A DNA stretch of 64,000 nt from Hormoscilla sp. Lineage in GTDB: Bacteria; Cyanobacteriota; Cyanobacteriia; Cyanobacteriales; Desertifilaceae. Every line of letters begins with the position of its first letter. Position 1 is the stretch's first letter. Below are positions 22,586 through 33,868 of this stretch, piece by piece. The notes under the pieces were generated by a model. The model was not told the DNA's origin. It ran no database searches and saw nothing but the letters and a program-made list of their open reading frames with translations. The DNA is taken from assembly GCA_051439505.1 (NCBI GenBank), contig JBFRWI010000002.1, positions 53,595 to 117,594 on the forward strand, in the 5' to 3' direction. The position numbers and the translations under genes are program-made.

Positions 22586-22725
22586 GATACTGTTGGCCAA
22601 TTAATTGGGGGGTATGACCCATTATCAGCCTCAAATGCTGATTGGGCTTGACTTTCCCCCCCCCTCCCCCCCTCCCTCCCTCACCCCCTCAGACGCCCCC
22701 GAATTGGTAATTCGCCAACAGCATC
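22586..22725. mobile_element. ~140-bp MITE inserted in a REP-like palindrome
   Basis: TIRs GATACTGTTGGC / GCCAACAGCATC; flanking duplication (t/c)CGTACCT. Confidence 0.7.
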
Positions 22726-22752
22726 CCGTACCTCAACCCAACCTACATGAAT

Positions 22753-23478
22753 TTAGGTAGAACGCGCCTGGGCAAACCGTTTATTCACTTCATCCCAGTT
22801 CACCACATTCCACCACGCCTTCAGGTACGCACCCCGATCGTTCCTGTAGTTGAGATAATAGGCATGTTCCCAAACATCATTTCCCATGATGGGATATTTG
22901 CCCTCCATCAAGGGACTATCCTGGTTAGGGGTACTCATCACCTCCAACTTGCCATCAGCAGTATAAACTAACCAGGCCCAACCACTGCCGAAACGCTTGC
23001 TGCCAGCATCGTTGAATTGTTCTTGGAACTTGGCAAAGCTGCCAAACGCGGCATCCATGGCAGAGGCGATCGCCCCAGTTGGCTTCCCGCCAGCATTAGG
23101 AGCCATAATTTCCCAGAACATCTTATGATTCACATAGCCGCCGCCATTATTGCGCACCGTTGTCTGGATATCTGCGGGAATACTTTTAATATTGAGCAGC
23201 AGTTCTTCTCCGCTGGTGCCTTTCAGTTCCGGATATTTGTCTAATGCCTTATTCAAGTTCCGGGTGTAACCAGCATGATGTTTGTCATGGTGAAACTTCA
23301 TCGTTTCCGCATCGATGTATGGTTCCAAGGCATCGTAGGCATAGGGGAGAGGCGGTAACTCGAAACTACCCGCGTTCTGTTCCCCTGAATTGTCCCCAGA
23401 TGCCTGGCAAGCACCGAAAGTGATGGCACCGACCCCGACTCCCAGCATATACAAGAAATTCCGACGATTTACAACCAT
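22753..23478 (-). CDS. sodA: Superoxide dismutase, probably Mn type, with Tat/lipoprotein signal
   Basis: RRNFL, FGAC lipobox, [23 protein letters not shown]. Confidence 0.9.
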   Translation of the reverse strand: MVVNRRNFLYMLGVGVGAITFGACQASGDNSGEQNAGSFELPPLPYAYDALEPYIDAETMKFHHDKHHAGYTRNLNKALDKYPELKGTSGEELLLNIKSIPADIQTTVRNNGGGYVNHKMFWEIMAPNAGGKPTGAIASAMDAAFGSFAKFQEQFNDAGSKRFGSGWAWLVYTADGKLEVMSTPNQDSPLMEGKYPIMGNDVWEHAYYLNYRNDRGAYLKAWWNVVNWDEVNKRFAQARST

Positions 23479-23537
23479 AATTACATCTTTCTCAATTCTC
23501 AATTAACAATTGCTCAATTCTGGCATTGCCAAATAAA

Positions 23538-24728
23538 TTAGGCAGATCTTGACTGAGAGAGGCGTTTTACTTCTTCACCTCCTAGCAACTGATGCGCCTC
23601 TTCTAGTAAAGCAGGGATTTTGTCTCCATGGGGACTATTCGCCAGACATTCGCGCAAGTCCATTTCCCGAACCCGCGAGGCATTATTTCCCGGAAACCAG
23701 TGACCTGCGTTACCCAGCAGATTATAGCGCCCTTTGGCATAGTCAATCATGTCGTAGGCCAGGGCGAGATTCCTCAACCACAGGATAACGGGAATATTGA
23801 TGTTACCAGGCGTGTGATCGCACTCGGGTAATCCCACATGCCAGGTTTTCACCCAATCTTCCCCCAGAGTAGTAATTGCCTCCCGTTCCAACCGCCCTAA
23901 AATCGGCGGCAATATCTCTCCCGCCCGGTCTAATAGGGGCAAAACCTGCAAGTGTTCGTCAAAATCCGTCGGTCGTGCCACCCCCACACTGAGAGTATGT
24001 ACCTGCTTGTGAGAAAGACAAAACAGGTCATTAAACTGCATCGGAAGAAGGGGTTTACATAACTCTAGCAACTTGGGCGGCGGATCGTAAAGTTTCCCCC
24101 CCTTATCGGAAGGACTGATGATGAAAACACCCAGATCGTGACGTTGCGCAGCTTCTATAGCAGGCCAGTTAACTTGATTGATGTAGTACCAGTGGAGATT
24201 CACGTAGTCAAACTGGTCGGTTTCAATAGTTTTGACAATGATGTCCGTCGGACCGTGAGTCGAGAAGCCAATAAACCGCACCTTGCCTTCCTCTTGCAGC
24301 TTCCGGGCCACCTCCAGACAGCCACCCTCTCGGATACTCTCGTGCAGCAACTCCGCCGTATTGATACCTTGCAGGGAGAGCAAATCAACATGGTCCAGCT
24401 TCAGGAAAGCCAGGGACTGCTCGAAATCACGCCGAAACTCGACAGTGTCTGACCGGGGACTAATCTTGGTCTGGACAATTATCTGTTCGCGAGGAAACTG
24501 GGGCAAAAGCTGGCCTAGTTGCATCTCCGATGTGCCATAGATCCTAGCCGTTTCAAAGTGATTGATGCCGACTTCTAAAGACCGACGAATATTTGCTTCC
24601 AGATTGCACTGGTTCTCCTCTGGAATCGAAGATATTAGCACATCCTCCCACTTATATTGATAGCGCATGCCACCGCAGGAGAATACTGGCATAAGTAGTT
24701 CTGTGCGCCCAAATCGTCTGTATTCCAT
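23538..24728 (-). CDS. Aldo/keto reductase (paralog 1)
   Basis: YRRFGRTEL, ETARx[13 protein letters not shown]; near-identical to the adjacent paralog. Confidence 0.88.
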   Translation of the reverse strand: MEYRRFGRTELLMPVFSCGGMRYQYKWEDVLISSIPEENQCNLEANIRRSLEVGINHFETARIYGTSEMQLGQLLPQFPREQIIVQTKISPRSDTVEFRRDFEQSLAFLKLDHVDLLSLQGINTAELLHESIREGGCLEVARKLQEEGKVRFIGFSTHGPTDIIVKTIETDQFDYVNLHWYYINQVNWPAIEAAQRHDLGVFIISPSDKGGKLYDPPPKLLELCKPLLPMQFNDLFCLSHKQVHTLSVGVARPTDFDEHLQVLPLLDRAGEILPPILGRLEREAITTLGEDWVKTWHVGLPECDHTPGNINIPVILWLRNLALAYDMIDYAKGRYNLLGNAGHWFPGNNASRVREMDLRECLANSPHGDKIPALLEEAHQLLGGEEVKRLSQSRSA

Positions 24729-24850
24729 GGGTTTTAGTGGGTTGGGTATCAGTTCAATCCTATGTAGTCTGCCCGCTATAGATCGCCAATTTATCTTATA
24801 ATCTTTTGCTCAATTAACAATTGCTCAATTAACAATTGCTCAATTAACAA

Positions 24851-26032
24851 TTACGACTGAGAAAGGCGTTTTACTTCTTCACCTCCTAGCAACTGATGGG
24901 CCTCTTCTAGTAAAGCAGGGATTTTGTCCCCGTGGGGACTATTCGCCAAACATTCGCGCAAGTCCAGTTGCCTCACCCGCGAAGCCTGATTTCCCGGAAA
25001 CCAGTGACCTCCGTTACCCAGCAGGTTATAGCGCTTTTTGGCATAGTCAATCATGTCGTAGGCCAGGGCGAGATTTCTCAACCACAGGATAATGGGAATA
25101 TTTATGTTATCAGGCGTCCGATCGTACTCGGGTAATCCGACATGCCAGGTTTTCACCCAATCTTCCTCCAGAGTAGTAATTGCCTCCTGTTCCAATCGCC
25201 CTAAAATCGGCGGCAATATCTCCTCCGCCCGGTCTAACAGGGGTAAAACCTCCAAATGTTCGTCAAAATCTGTGGGTCGCGCCGCCCCCAAACTGAGAGT
25301 ATGTACCTGCTTGTGAGAAAGACAAAACAGGTCATTAAACTGCATCGGACTAAGGGGTTTACAGAGTTCTACCAACTTGGGCGGCGGCGCGTAAAGTTTG
25401 CCCCCCTTATCGGACGGACTGATGATAAAAACACCCATATCCTGGCGTTCCGCAGCTTCGATCGCAGGCCAGTTAACTTGATTGATGTAGTACCAGTGCA
25501 GATTCACGTAGTCAAACTGGCCAGTCTCAATAGTTTTGACAATAATGTCTGTCGGACCGTGAGTCGAGAAACCAATAAACCGCACCTTGCCTTCGGTTTG
25601 CAGCTTGCGGGCCACATCCAGACAGCCACCCGGTCGGATACTGTCGTGCAGCAACTCATCAGTATTGATACCGTGTAGGGACAGCAAATCGACATAGTCC
25701 AGCTTCAGGAAAGCCAGGGACTGCTCAAACAGACGCAGAAACTCGACTGTGTCTGACTTGGGATAAACCTTGGTCTGGACAATCAGCTGTTCGCGAGGAA
25801 ACTGGGGCAGAATCTTGCCCAGCTGCATCTCCGAGGTGCCATAGTCCCTAGCCGTTTCTATGTGATTGATGCCGACTTCCACAGACCGGCGAATAGTCGC
25901 TTCCAGATTGCGCTGGTTGTCCTGGGGAATCTCCGATGCTGGCAGATCCTGCCACTTGTATTGATAGCGCATACCGCCGCAGGAGAATACTGGTATTTGC
26001 AATTGAGTGCGCCCAAATCGTCTGTATTGCAT
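24851..26032 (-). CDS. Aldo/keto reductase (paralog 2)
   Basis: Same motifs; retains LSLHGIN. Confidence 0.9.
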   Translation of the reverse strand: MQYRRFGRTQLQIPVFSCGGMRYQYKWQDLPASEIPQDNQRNLEATIRRSVEVGINHIETARDYGTSEMQLGKILPQFPREQLIVQTKVYPKSDTVEFLRLFEQSLAFLKLDYVDLLSLHGINTDELLHDSIRPGGCLDVARKLQTEGKVRFIGFSTHGPTDIIVKTIETGQFDYVNLHWYYINQVNWPAIEAAERQDMGVFIISPSDKGGKLYAPPPKLVELCKPLSPMQFNDLFCLSHKQVHTLSLGAARPTDFDEHLEVLPLLDRAEEILPPILGRLEQEAITTLEEDWVKTWHVGLPEYDRTPDNINIPIILWLRNLALAYDMIDYAKKRYNLLGNGGHWFPGNQASRVRQLDLRECLANSPHGDKIPALLEEAHQLLGGEEVKRLSQS

Positions 26033-26196
26033 GGGTTTGAGTGGGTTCCGAATCAGTTCAATCCTATGTAGTCTGTCCGTTAGTGCAGCAAGAAAGCGCG
26101 ATAAGATCAGCTCAAGTCCCCCTCATCGACACATCTGATGGGCCGGGTTTGGGGACTTATGACCATACCAGACCTACTGTACCTTAACTCACGTAT

Positions 26197-27243
26197 GTGC
26201 AAATGGATATTTCTGAACTAGACCACTTGGAAAGTTCCGTGCAAGATTTGCTGGCCACGGCTAAGCTAGAGCTGGAAGCAACTCGCCTAGAGCAGCAACG
26301 AGACGAACAGGTCCAAAAAGCTGTGGCCGAAATTCGCAAGCGAGTGGAACCTTTACTGGCCGAGGTAGAGCAAACCCTCGCACAGTTCGATAATATGAGT
26401 GTCAATGGTAGTGCTATTCGCAAGAAACTAGAGGACAAAGCTGCAGCTCTGCACCGACAGCTAGAGGATGCTCCCGTCTTAGCAGCTCAGATTGCCGACC
26501 GTCAGCTGATTCTCAATGAGGAACGCTTACTAGACGAGCGACTGGCAGAGCAAACTGACCAATGGCGGCACGAACTCAAATCTGACTTACTCGATATGAT
26601 TGCCGAACAACAAGATTTCTATAGCGCTACCGATGGGGCGATCGCGATCCGGGCTTATATGGATGACCTCAAAGCCATTGGTGCTCTAGAAGAAGTCGTC
26701 GATACCTTGATTGAGCAGATCAATACCCATTCTAAAGAGGGACCCGTTGCCCGCCTGCGGGGTACTTACGAGCAAACCCTCAGCTTTATTTACGACAGAG
26801 CGATGGAGAACCGAGCGCGGGTGGAAACAGTTCGCAGCGTGCAACCGCGCACCCGCCATCGCATATCAGAAAAACGACCCAACCCCTACATAGATCTAGA
26901 GGGTAAGGTAGTAATTTTTGGCGGACATGACCGACTGGCTACAGCTGTGAAAACTCGTCTGCGGGATTCTAAGGTCAATCTGATCTGGTGTACGGCTCAA
27001 GATGGATTACAGCTAGCTCAACAGGCGGAAAATCACATTGCTAATGCCGATTTGGTTTTGATTGTCACTGGTTATGCTAGTCACTCCCTAACAGAAAAAG
27101 CGATTCAAGCGGCCCAACGTGCAGACATAACTCCCGAAATGATTAACACTACAGGCATGACTAAAGTGTTGGAAGTTATTGAGTTAGGTCTGAAAACTAA
27201 ACTCCTAGCTCGCCACTTAAACCAATCTTCCAGAGCAGTCTAA
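26197..27243 (+). CDS. Coiled-coil protein with C-terminal DUF2325-like domain
   Basis: Long heptad region, then KVVIFGGH...ADLVLIVTGYASHSL. Confidence 0.7.
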   Translation: MQMDISELDHLESSVQDLLATAKLELEATRLEQQRDEQVQKAVAEIRKRVEPLLAEVEQTLAQFDNMSVNGSAIRKKLEDKAAALHRQLEDAPVLAAQIADRQLILNEERLLDERLAEQTDQWRHELKSDLLDMIAEQQDFYSATDGAIAIRAYMDDLKAIGALEEVVDTLIEQINTHSKEGPVARLRGTYEQTLSFIYDRAMENRARVETVRSVQPRTRHRISEKRPNPYIDLEGKVVIFGGHDRLATAVKTRLRDSKVNLIWCTAQDGLQLAQQAENHIANADLVLIVTGYASHSLTEKAIQAAQRADITPEMINTTGMTKVLEVIELGLKTKLLARHLNQSSRAV

Positions 27244-27408
27244 GCTATAGCAGATTAGGAATTGGGAGCATTATTTAGCTCCCAAGACGCCGTTATTTGT
27301 TAGTTGTCAGTTGGAACGTTGTTGGTTGTTGGTTGTTGCTTCGGAGTTTAACAGGTGGGCGGTGCCCACCCTACGGGCAATAACAATTAGCGATCGACCA
27401 TCAACAAA

Positions 27409-28119
27409 TCACATTTCCTTCACTACTGGGTTTCCATCTTTAACCTCGCCCACTAGGACTAGGTCGGCGACCCCGACGAATAAACCATTTTCCAAAACGC
27501 CGGGAAGGTTATTGAGGGTCTTTTCCAGTTCTGCGGGGTTATCAATAGAGTCAAACTTGACATCGATCACCATATTGCCTTGGTCGGTGACTACGGGTCC
27601 GGCTTTTTTGACGCCCATCCGCAGTTCTGCTTTACCGCCCAGTTTCTCGATCGCACGCATCACCGGTGTCATGGCCATGGGAATCACTTCTACTGGCAGC
27701 AGGAAGGTGGAACCTAGCTTGTCTACCAGTTTTCCGGCGTCTACAACGACGATAAACTGGTCTGCCAGAGAGTCCACCACCTTCTCCCGAGTGTGGGCCG
27801 CGCCGCCGCCTTTGATCAGGTTCTTTTGCGGATCTACTTCATCGGCGCCGTCAATGGCAATGTCTATGCGGTCAACGGCATCCAGGGTGGTTAAGGGGAT
27901 GCCGTATTGCTTGGCCAGCACTTCCGCTTGAAAGGATGTGGGGATGCCTTGGATGTTTTTGAGGTCTCCTGATTTCAGCCTCGCGCCCAAATGCTCGATC
28001 GCGTAGGCCGTAGTCGATCCGGTACCTAACCCCACGATCGTACCAGACTGGACGCGGGCTGCTGCTGCTTTTCCGACTTCCCGTTTCATTACTTTTACCG
28101 GGTCATTTTCCGTGCTCAT
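27409..28119 (-). CDS. rpiA: Ribose-5-phosphate isomerase A
   Basis: [26 protein letters not shown]. Confidence 0.97.
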   Translation of the reverse strand: MSTENDPVKVMKREVGKAAAARVQSGTIVGLGTGSTTAYAIEHLGARLKSGDLKNIQGIPTSFQAEVLAKQYGIPLTTLDAVDRIDIAIDGADEVDPQKNLIKGGGAAHTREKVVDSLADQFIVVVDAGKLVDKLGSTFLLPVEVIPMAMTPVMRAIEKLGGKAELRMGVKKAGPVVTDQGNMVIDVKFDSIDNPAELEKTLNNLPGVLENGLFVGVADLVLVGEVKDGNPVVKEM

Positions 28120-28330
28120 ACTTAAAACTCCCTTAAATCTCCCGATCTAACCTGTTGCCTAGGGTTATAGTTTGCTATAATTTCACCCCGTGGCAATTGT
28201 CAGTTTACTATCTCTTGTCCCTTGACAGACATGATTTTATATTTTCTCATGCCTGTCAAGCCATGACTATATTGTAATATTGTATTACGCTAAGGGCATC
28301 CGAAAATTAACAGGCGGAGTTAGCAAAAAT

Positions 28331-30151
28331 ATGAATAAACCCGTGATCGTCTGTATCGATGATGAACCGACAGTACTGGATAGTCTCACAATAGAACTAA
28401 ATAAATACATAGGAGAGCAATGTCTGATTGAAACAGCGGAAAGCGGCGACGAAGCCTTAGAGTTATTGACAGAGTTGCTAGCGGAGGAGTATGAAGTTGC
28501 TTTAGTCATGTCTGATTATATCATGCCCGAGATGAAAGGAGATGAAGTCTTAAAGCGCATCCATGAAATATCGCCGAACAGCCTGAAAATAATGCTGACA
28601 GGGCAAGCAGATATCGAAGCAGTCGGTAATGCCATTAAGTATGCTAAGTTATATCGTTACATAGCCAAGCCTTGGCAGCCAGAAGACTTAAAATTGACGG
28701 TCAGAGAAGCGGTAAATAGCTATGTGCGGGATAAACAACTGGCTTCCCAAAATGTTCAACTTCAGCAAATGAATCAGAAACTGGAACAATTAAACCAAGA
28801 ACAAGCGGCACTAATTACCAAACTACATGAAAAGGAGAGTCGGTTGAGACAGTTCTTAGAAGCGATGCCAGTGGGTGTGGGAGTGCTGGATGTTAATGGT
28901 AAACCCTACTACATCAATCAGAGGGCAAAGGAGTTATTTGGCAAAGGAGTAGTGCCAGATACAACTATGGAACAATTGTCAGAGGTATATCAAGTTTATC
29001 AAGCAGGCACAAAGGAGCAGTACCCGTCGGAAAAGTTGCCGATCGTGCGGGCTTTGCAGGGGGAAACTGTCACATCTGACGATCTGGAAATTCACCAAGG
29101 AGATAAGATTATTCCTGTAGAAATTTGGGCAACTCCTATCTATGACGAGGCGGGCAACATTGTCTATGGTATTAATGCTATTCAAGATATCACGGAACGC
29201 CAAGAAGCGGAAGCCGATCGGCAAAAGTTTATTGAAGACTTATTTGAAGTTAATTGTAATTTGGAACTGGCCCTGCAAGCGGAATCGGAGTTAACTACTG
29301 CTGCCGATCGCTTCGTCCCTGATGAGTTTATCTCTTTTCTGGGACGTGAAAGCATTGTCGATGTCCAATTAGGCGATAATGTCCAGCAGGAGATGTCGGT
29401 ACTATTTTCCGATATTCGTGACTTTACTACCCTGAGTGAAAGCATGACACCTTCGGACAGTTTCAAATTGATCAATGCCTATCTCTCGCGCATGGAACCG
29501 GCGATTAACGAAAATAATGGATTTATCGATAAATACATTGGCGATGCAATTATGGCATTATTTAGCGGCGGGGCAGATGATGCCGTTAAAGCCGCGATCG
29601 CCATGCTGAACATCCTGAGGGAATATAATACTACTAGGCAAAGGCCGGAACGACCACCGCTCTCGATCGGAATTGGCATCAATACAGGTGATTTAATGCT
29701 GGGTGTAGTGGGGGGAAAATCCCGCATGGATAGCACGGTGATTGGTGATACTGTTAATTTAGCATCTCGTGTGGAAAGCATGACGAAAAAATATCCGGTG
29801 TCCTTGTTAATCACCCATCATACTTTCTGGGGGTTGAAAAATTCCAGCGAATATAATCTGCGGATAATAGATAAGGTCAAGGTGAAGGGGAAATCAGAAT
29901 TGGTGACTATATATGAGGTGTTTGATGCGGATGCGGAAAAAATCAAAGAAGGAAAGTTAACTACAAAAACAGCATTTGAACAAGCTGTGGTGCTATATAA
30001 TATGAAGGCTTTCACTGAGGCGGCCCAATTGTTTGCAGATTGTCTGGGCCAAAACCCAGAGGATAAAGTACCTCACATCTATCTGGAACGCTGTCAACAG
30101 AAATTGAATAATAGGGATTGGGGGGGGACTGGTGAATTCAGCAGTCAGTAG
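28331..30151 (+). CDS. REC-PAS class III adenylate cyclase
   Basis: REC (VCIDDE, SDYIMP, KPW), PAS, LFSDIRDFT, DKYIGDAIM, TVIGDTVNLASRVE. Confidence 0.9.
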   Translation: MNKPVIVCIDDEPTVLDSLTIELNKYIGEQCLIETAESGDEALELLTELLAEEYEVALVMSDYIMPEMKGDEVLKRIHEISPNSLKIMLTGQADIEAVGNAIKYAKLYRYIAKPWQPEDLKLTVREAVNSYVRDKQLASQNVQLQQMNQKLEQLNQEQAALITKLHEKESRLRQFLEAMPVGVGVLDVNGKPYYINQRAKELFGKGVVPDTTMEQLSEVYQVYQAGTKEQYPSEKLPIVRALQGETVTSDDLEIHQGDKIIPVEIWATPIYDEAGNIVYGINAIQDITERQEAEADRQKFIEDLFEVNCNLELALQAESELTTAADRFVPDEFISFLGRESIVDVQLGDNVQQEMSVLFSDIRDFTTLSESMTPSDSFKLINAYLSRMEPAINENNGFIDKYIGDAIMALFSGGADDAVKAAIAMLNILREYNTTRQRPERPPLSIGIGINTGDLMLGVVGGKSRMDSTVIGDTVNLASRVESMTKKYPVSLLITHHTFWGLKNSSEYNLRIIDKVKVKGKSELVTIYEVFDADAEKIKEGKLTTKTAFEQAVVLYNMKAFTEAAQLFADCLGQNPEDKVPHIYLERCQQKLNNRDWGGTGEFSSQ

Positions 30152-30227
30152 TCAGTTGGTAGGGTGGGCATTGCCCACCATGTCAGTGGGTAGTGGTAAA
30201 ATAACAATTAACAACTAACAATTAACA

Positions 30228-31019
30228 ATGAAAATGCCTTACCTAGCCCGAATTTTAATTTACCCGATTAAAGCTTTGGATGGAGTTGCTGTCAAGCAAG
30301 CAAAGGTAATGACTGGCGGGGCGCTAGAACATGACCGAGAATTTGCTATGTTTGACGCTCGCAACAGGTTTGTCAATGCCAAGCGCAATGTTAAGGTTCA
30401 TGAACTGAGGACTAAATTTGATGGCTCATTTGAAAAGGTGGCAATTCAGGCAGGGGAAGCAGAACATGTTTTTCATCTGCATCGGGAACGCAGTCAGATG
30501 GAAACATGGTTGAGTGAATACTTGGGTTTGTCAGTCCATTTGCAGCAAAACTCACAGCAGGGCTTTCCAGATGATACTGAGGCTTTTGGCCCGACGGTAA
30601 TTAGTACGGAGACGATCGCCCAAGTAGCATCTTGGTTTCCGGGAGTGGGCGTCGAAGAGATGCGATCGCGCCTGCGGGCCAATATAGAAATAGAGGGGGT
30701 GCCAGCATTTTGGGAAGACCGGTTGTTTGCTGCCGACAGTAATGCTAGCATATGGTTTAAGATCTCAGATGTGTTACTCGAAGGAGTAAATCCCTGTCAG
30801 CGTTGCGTGGTACCCACAAGAAACTCTCTGACTGGGGAAGCATACCCAGATTTCCAAAAGATATTCGCGGCCAAGCGGAAAGAAACTTTGCCGGAGTGGG
30901 TTGCAGCATCTCGCTTCAAGCATTTTTACAGAGTGAGTGTGAACACGCGCATCCCCCGATCGGAAGCGGGTAAGATTTTACAGGTAGGCGATGAAGTGCA
31001 GATACTGGAGGTGAATTGA
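30228..31019 (+). CDS. MOSC-domain protein
   Basis: IYPIKALDG, DREFA, RLRANIEI, PCQRCVVP. Confidence 0.88.
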   Translation: MKMPYLARILIYPIKALDGVAVKQAKVMTGGALEHDREFAMFDARNRFVNAKRNVKVHELRTKFDGSFEKVAIQAGEAEHVFHLHRERSQMETWLSEYLGLSVHLQQNSQQGFPDDTEAFGPTVISTETIAQVASWFPGVGVEEMRSRLRANIEIEGVPAFWEDRLFAADSNASIWFKISDVLLEGVNPCQRCVVPTRNSLTGEAYPDFQKIFAAKRKETLPEWVAASRFKHFYRVSVNTRIPRSEAGKILQVGDEVQILEVN

Positions 31020-31186
31020 GAATGGTGAATTGAGAATGGCGTATACGCAGTGCGCGTAGCGCTATGGAAAATGGAAAATTGAGAATGGAAAATTGATTGA
31101 GGTATATTCGCGGCGATTTTCCATGCGATCTAAAAATGAAAAATGGCATGCTATCGACGATCTGCCTGATGATAGAATAATAATTG

Positions 31187-31240
31187 CAGTCGGTTTTAAC
31201 CGACTTTAGCTGTTAGCCGGGGGTTTGAACCCCCGGCGGG
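31187..31240. repeat. Double-hairpin dispersed repeat AGTCGGTTTTAACCGACT...CCGGGGGTTTGAACCCCCGG
   Basis: Near-identical copy at 42529-42582. Confidence 0.85.
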
Positions 31241-31286
31241 GTAACTACTACTACGAGGATTTGAACCCCCGGCGGGTGAGGTGATA

Positions 31287-32681
31287 ATGACAAATACGCG
31301 CAAAGAAACGGACAGCATGGGGGAAATAGAAGTCCCCGCCGATCGCTATTGGGGGGCCCAAACCCAGCGATCGCTAAAATATTTCTCGATCGGGCAAGAC
31401 AAGATCCCGGCAGAAGTAATTGCGGCCTTCGGGATTCTGAAAAAAGCGGCAGCCCTCAGCAATGCAGAATTGGGTAAACTACCAGAAGAGAAAGCTAAAC
31501 TGATCGTGCAGGCGGCATCGGAAGTAATTGATGGTAAGCTGGATGGTAACTTCCCGTTGCATGTCTGGATGACGGGTAGCGGCACCCAATGTAACATGAA
31601 TGTGAATGAAGTGATCTCGAATCGGGCGATCGAACTGGCGGGGGGAGTAATGGGAAGTAAGAACCCCATTCATCCCAACGATCACGTGAATATGTCTCAA
31701 TCTTCCAACGATACTTTCCCAACGGCGATGCATATTGCTGTCGCAGTGGCATGCGATCGGCGATTGATTCCGAAGGTGAAAAAGATGCGGGACGCCCTGC
31801 AACAAAAGTCGGAAGAATTTGCCGAGATTGTCAAGATCGGTCGCACCCATCTCCAGGATGCCGTACCTCTGACTTTGGGACAGGAATTCTCCGGTTATGT
31901 AGCCCAACTGGATGCTGCTTTGCTGCGGATCGATCGGGTATTGCCGGAACTCTACGAACTGGCGATCGGGGGAACGGCGGTGGGCACGGGATTGAATGCG
32001 ACCAAGGGGTTCGCTGCCACTGCTGTCAAGCACATTAGCAATATTACCGGATTACCCTTTACCGAAGCCCCCAATAAGTTTGCTGCGATCGCGGCCCATG
32101 ATGCGATCGTGATGGCCAGCGGATCCTTGCGGACTCTCGCTGGTGCTTTAATGAAAATTGCCTCCGACATTCGCTTTTTAGCAAGTGGTCCTCGTTGCGG
32201 TTTAGGTGAACTGATCTTACCAGAAAACGAACCCGGTTCTTCGATCATGCCGGGCAAAGTAAACCCCACCCAATGCGAAGCGATGACAATGGTAGCAGCA
32301 CAAATCATGGGCTATGATACCGCAGTGGCGATCGCGGGTTCGTCAGGACATTTCGAGTTAAACACCTATAAACCCATGATGGTGTTTAACGTCATTCAAT
32401 CCATCAATCTGATCGCGGACAGCTGCAACAACTTCACGGATTTTCTGCTAGCGGGACTAAAGCCGAATCGGAAGAAAATCGAGTATTATTTAGAACAGTC
32501 ATTGATGCTAGTGACGGCATTAAGTCCGACCATTGGCTATGACAAAGCTGCCCAAGTGGCGCACTTCGCCCTGGAAAAAGACATGACCTTAAAGCAAGCT
32601 TGTCTGGAATTGGGGTATGTTTCGGAAACGGAGTTCGATCGGATTGTCGTGCCTAGCAAAATGGCCCATCCAGAAATGTAA
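31287..32681 (+). CDS. fumC: Class II fumarate hydratase
   Basis: [32 protein letters not shown]. Confidence 0.97.
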   Translation: MTNTRKETDSMGEIEVPADRYWGAQTQRSLKYFSIGQDKIPAEVIAAFGILKKAAALSNAELGKLPEEKAKLIVQAASEVIDGKLDGNFPLHVWMTGSGTQCNMNVNEVISNRAIELAGGVMGSKNPIHPNDHVNMSQSSNDTFPTAMHIAVAVACDRRLIPKVKKMRDALQQKSEEFAEIVKIGRTHLQDAVPLTLGQEFSGYVAQLDAALLRIDRVLPELYELAIGGTAVGTGLNATKGFAATAVKHISNITGLPFTEAPNKFAAIAAHDAIVMASGSLRTLAGALMKIASDIRFLASGPRCGLGELILPENEPGSSIMPGKVNPTQCEAMTMVAAQIMGYDTAVAIAGSSGHFELNTYKPMMVFNVIQSINLIADSCNNFTDFLLAGLKPNRKKIEYYLEQSLMLVTALSPTIGYDKAAQVAHFALEKDMTLKQACLELGYVSETEFDRIVVPSKMAHPEM

Positions 32682-32764
32682 ATGGAGAATGGAGAATGGA
32701 GAATAGAGAATTGTGCGATTTTCCATTCTCCATTCTCAATTAACTATTCACAATTAGTCCGGTG

Positions 32765-33241
32765 TCATTCTTGCAATTGAAAAGTGAATATTTCCTCGAT
32801 CGTCATCGAATCAAACCAAGGTTGGCGGACGCGGATAAAGTCTCCACCTTCGGGATCGAAAGACTGGATAAATTGCTTGGTTCCTGCCAGTCCGAGAGCC
32901 TTCCGAAGGGCCTCAATTCCCATTTGCCGAATCTGGGCCTGAGTCAGCTTGCTAGTATCGAGAGCCGTCTCCAACCGGTGATGTGCTAAATCCTTTTGCT
33001 TTTTGCGATCCACCTGTTCCTCTTGCTGCTCTTGCTCTTTGGCTAATTCCACAATTTCCGCCAGGGTAATATCTCCGAGCAGTTGATCCCTATCTCGGGT
33101 ATAATCGCCACTGCCGTTGGAAAATTGATGGATAAATCGCACCATACCCACCGACCCCAGAGCTTGACTTAGAGCTTCTCTTCCCGCTTCCATAATATCT
33201 TCGTGAGTTACCGGGCTAACTTCTATCATTGCTTCTATCAT
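32765..33241 (-). CDS. Putative antitoxin with internally duplicated domain
   Basis: Two copies of I...G.EAL..ALG..G...FI..F....GD(Y/F); overlaps the PIN gene. Confidence 0.65.
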   Translation of the reverse strand: MIEAMIEVSPVTHEDIMEAGREALSQALGSVGMVRFIHQFSNGSGDYTRDRDQLLGDITLAEIVELAKEQEQQEEQVDRKKQKDLAHHRLETALDTSKLTQAQIRQMGIEALRKALGLAGTKQFIQSFDPEGGDFIRVRQPWFDSMTIEEIFTFQLQE

Positions 33242-33683
33242 TGATAACCTCCTCGCTCCACCGAGCCGGGTTCTCTACTCTAACTTTTAGCATAGCGCTA
33301 GACCGAACTGCCAAACGCAACATTCTGTCATCGGTTGTCAGCAATACGTCGGCATTGCCATTTTCGGCACAGGCGATATGTAGAGCATCAAAATATTTAA
33401 ATCCTAGGCCAGCCAATTCCTGCGTTCGGGTGATTATATCATCGCTTAAGGTAACTTTATTTTTCGCTAAACCCGCCCAGAGCATCATTTGCTGTTTTCT
33501 TTCGACCGTAGGGGTCCGAGCTAACTCTATATCAATCGCCGTGCTACCCAACAAGTGCCACTGAGCATTTCGACAACGGTCTATTATGAGTTCTACCGCC
33601 TGCGCTTCCAGACTCACCCGTTCTTGGCTCAGATCGTCAAAAGGCCGATTCAGGCAACAAATATCTAAATAGATTAAAAACAT
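33216..33683 (-). CDS. PIN-domain (VapC-like) toxin
   Basis: IYLDICCLNRPFDD, DALHIACAE, LLTTDD. Confidence 0.85.
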   Translation of the reverse strand: MFLIYLDICCLNRPFDDLSQERVSLEAQAVELIIDRCRNAQWHLLGSTAIDIELARTPTVERKQQMMLWAGLAKNKVTLSDDIITRTQELAGLGFKYFDALHIACAENGNADVLLTTDDRMLRLAVRSSAMLKVRVENPARWSEEVINDRSNDRS

Positions 33684-33868
33684 AATTTTTCCTCCTTAAT
33701 TGATCTTTTCATGATAACATTTTTGAGGTGGCATCGCAGATAGATAAACAATTATTTTCGCTCTCAGGGTATTTATACCCATATTTTTTGATCCTGAATG
33801 CTATAACTTGTGGCTTCACAGAAAGGTATTGATGTTATACTAGAAATAAACCCCTAATTTTTGCACTC

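Noticed and set aside
27311..27931. 206-aa plus-strand ORF
   Set aside because: Antisense to rpiA and begins in repeat sequence.
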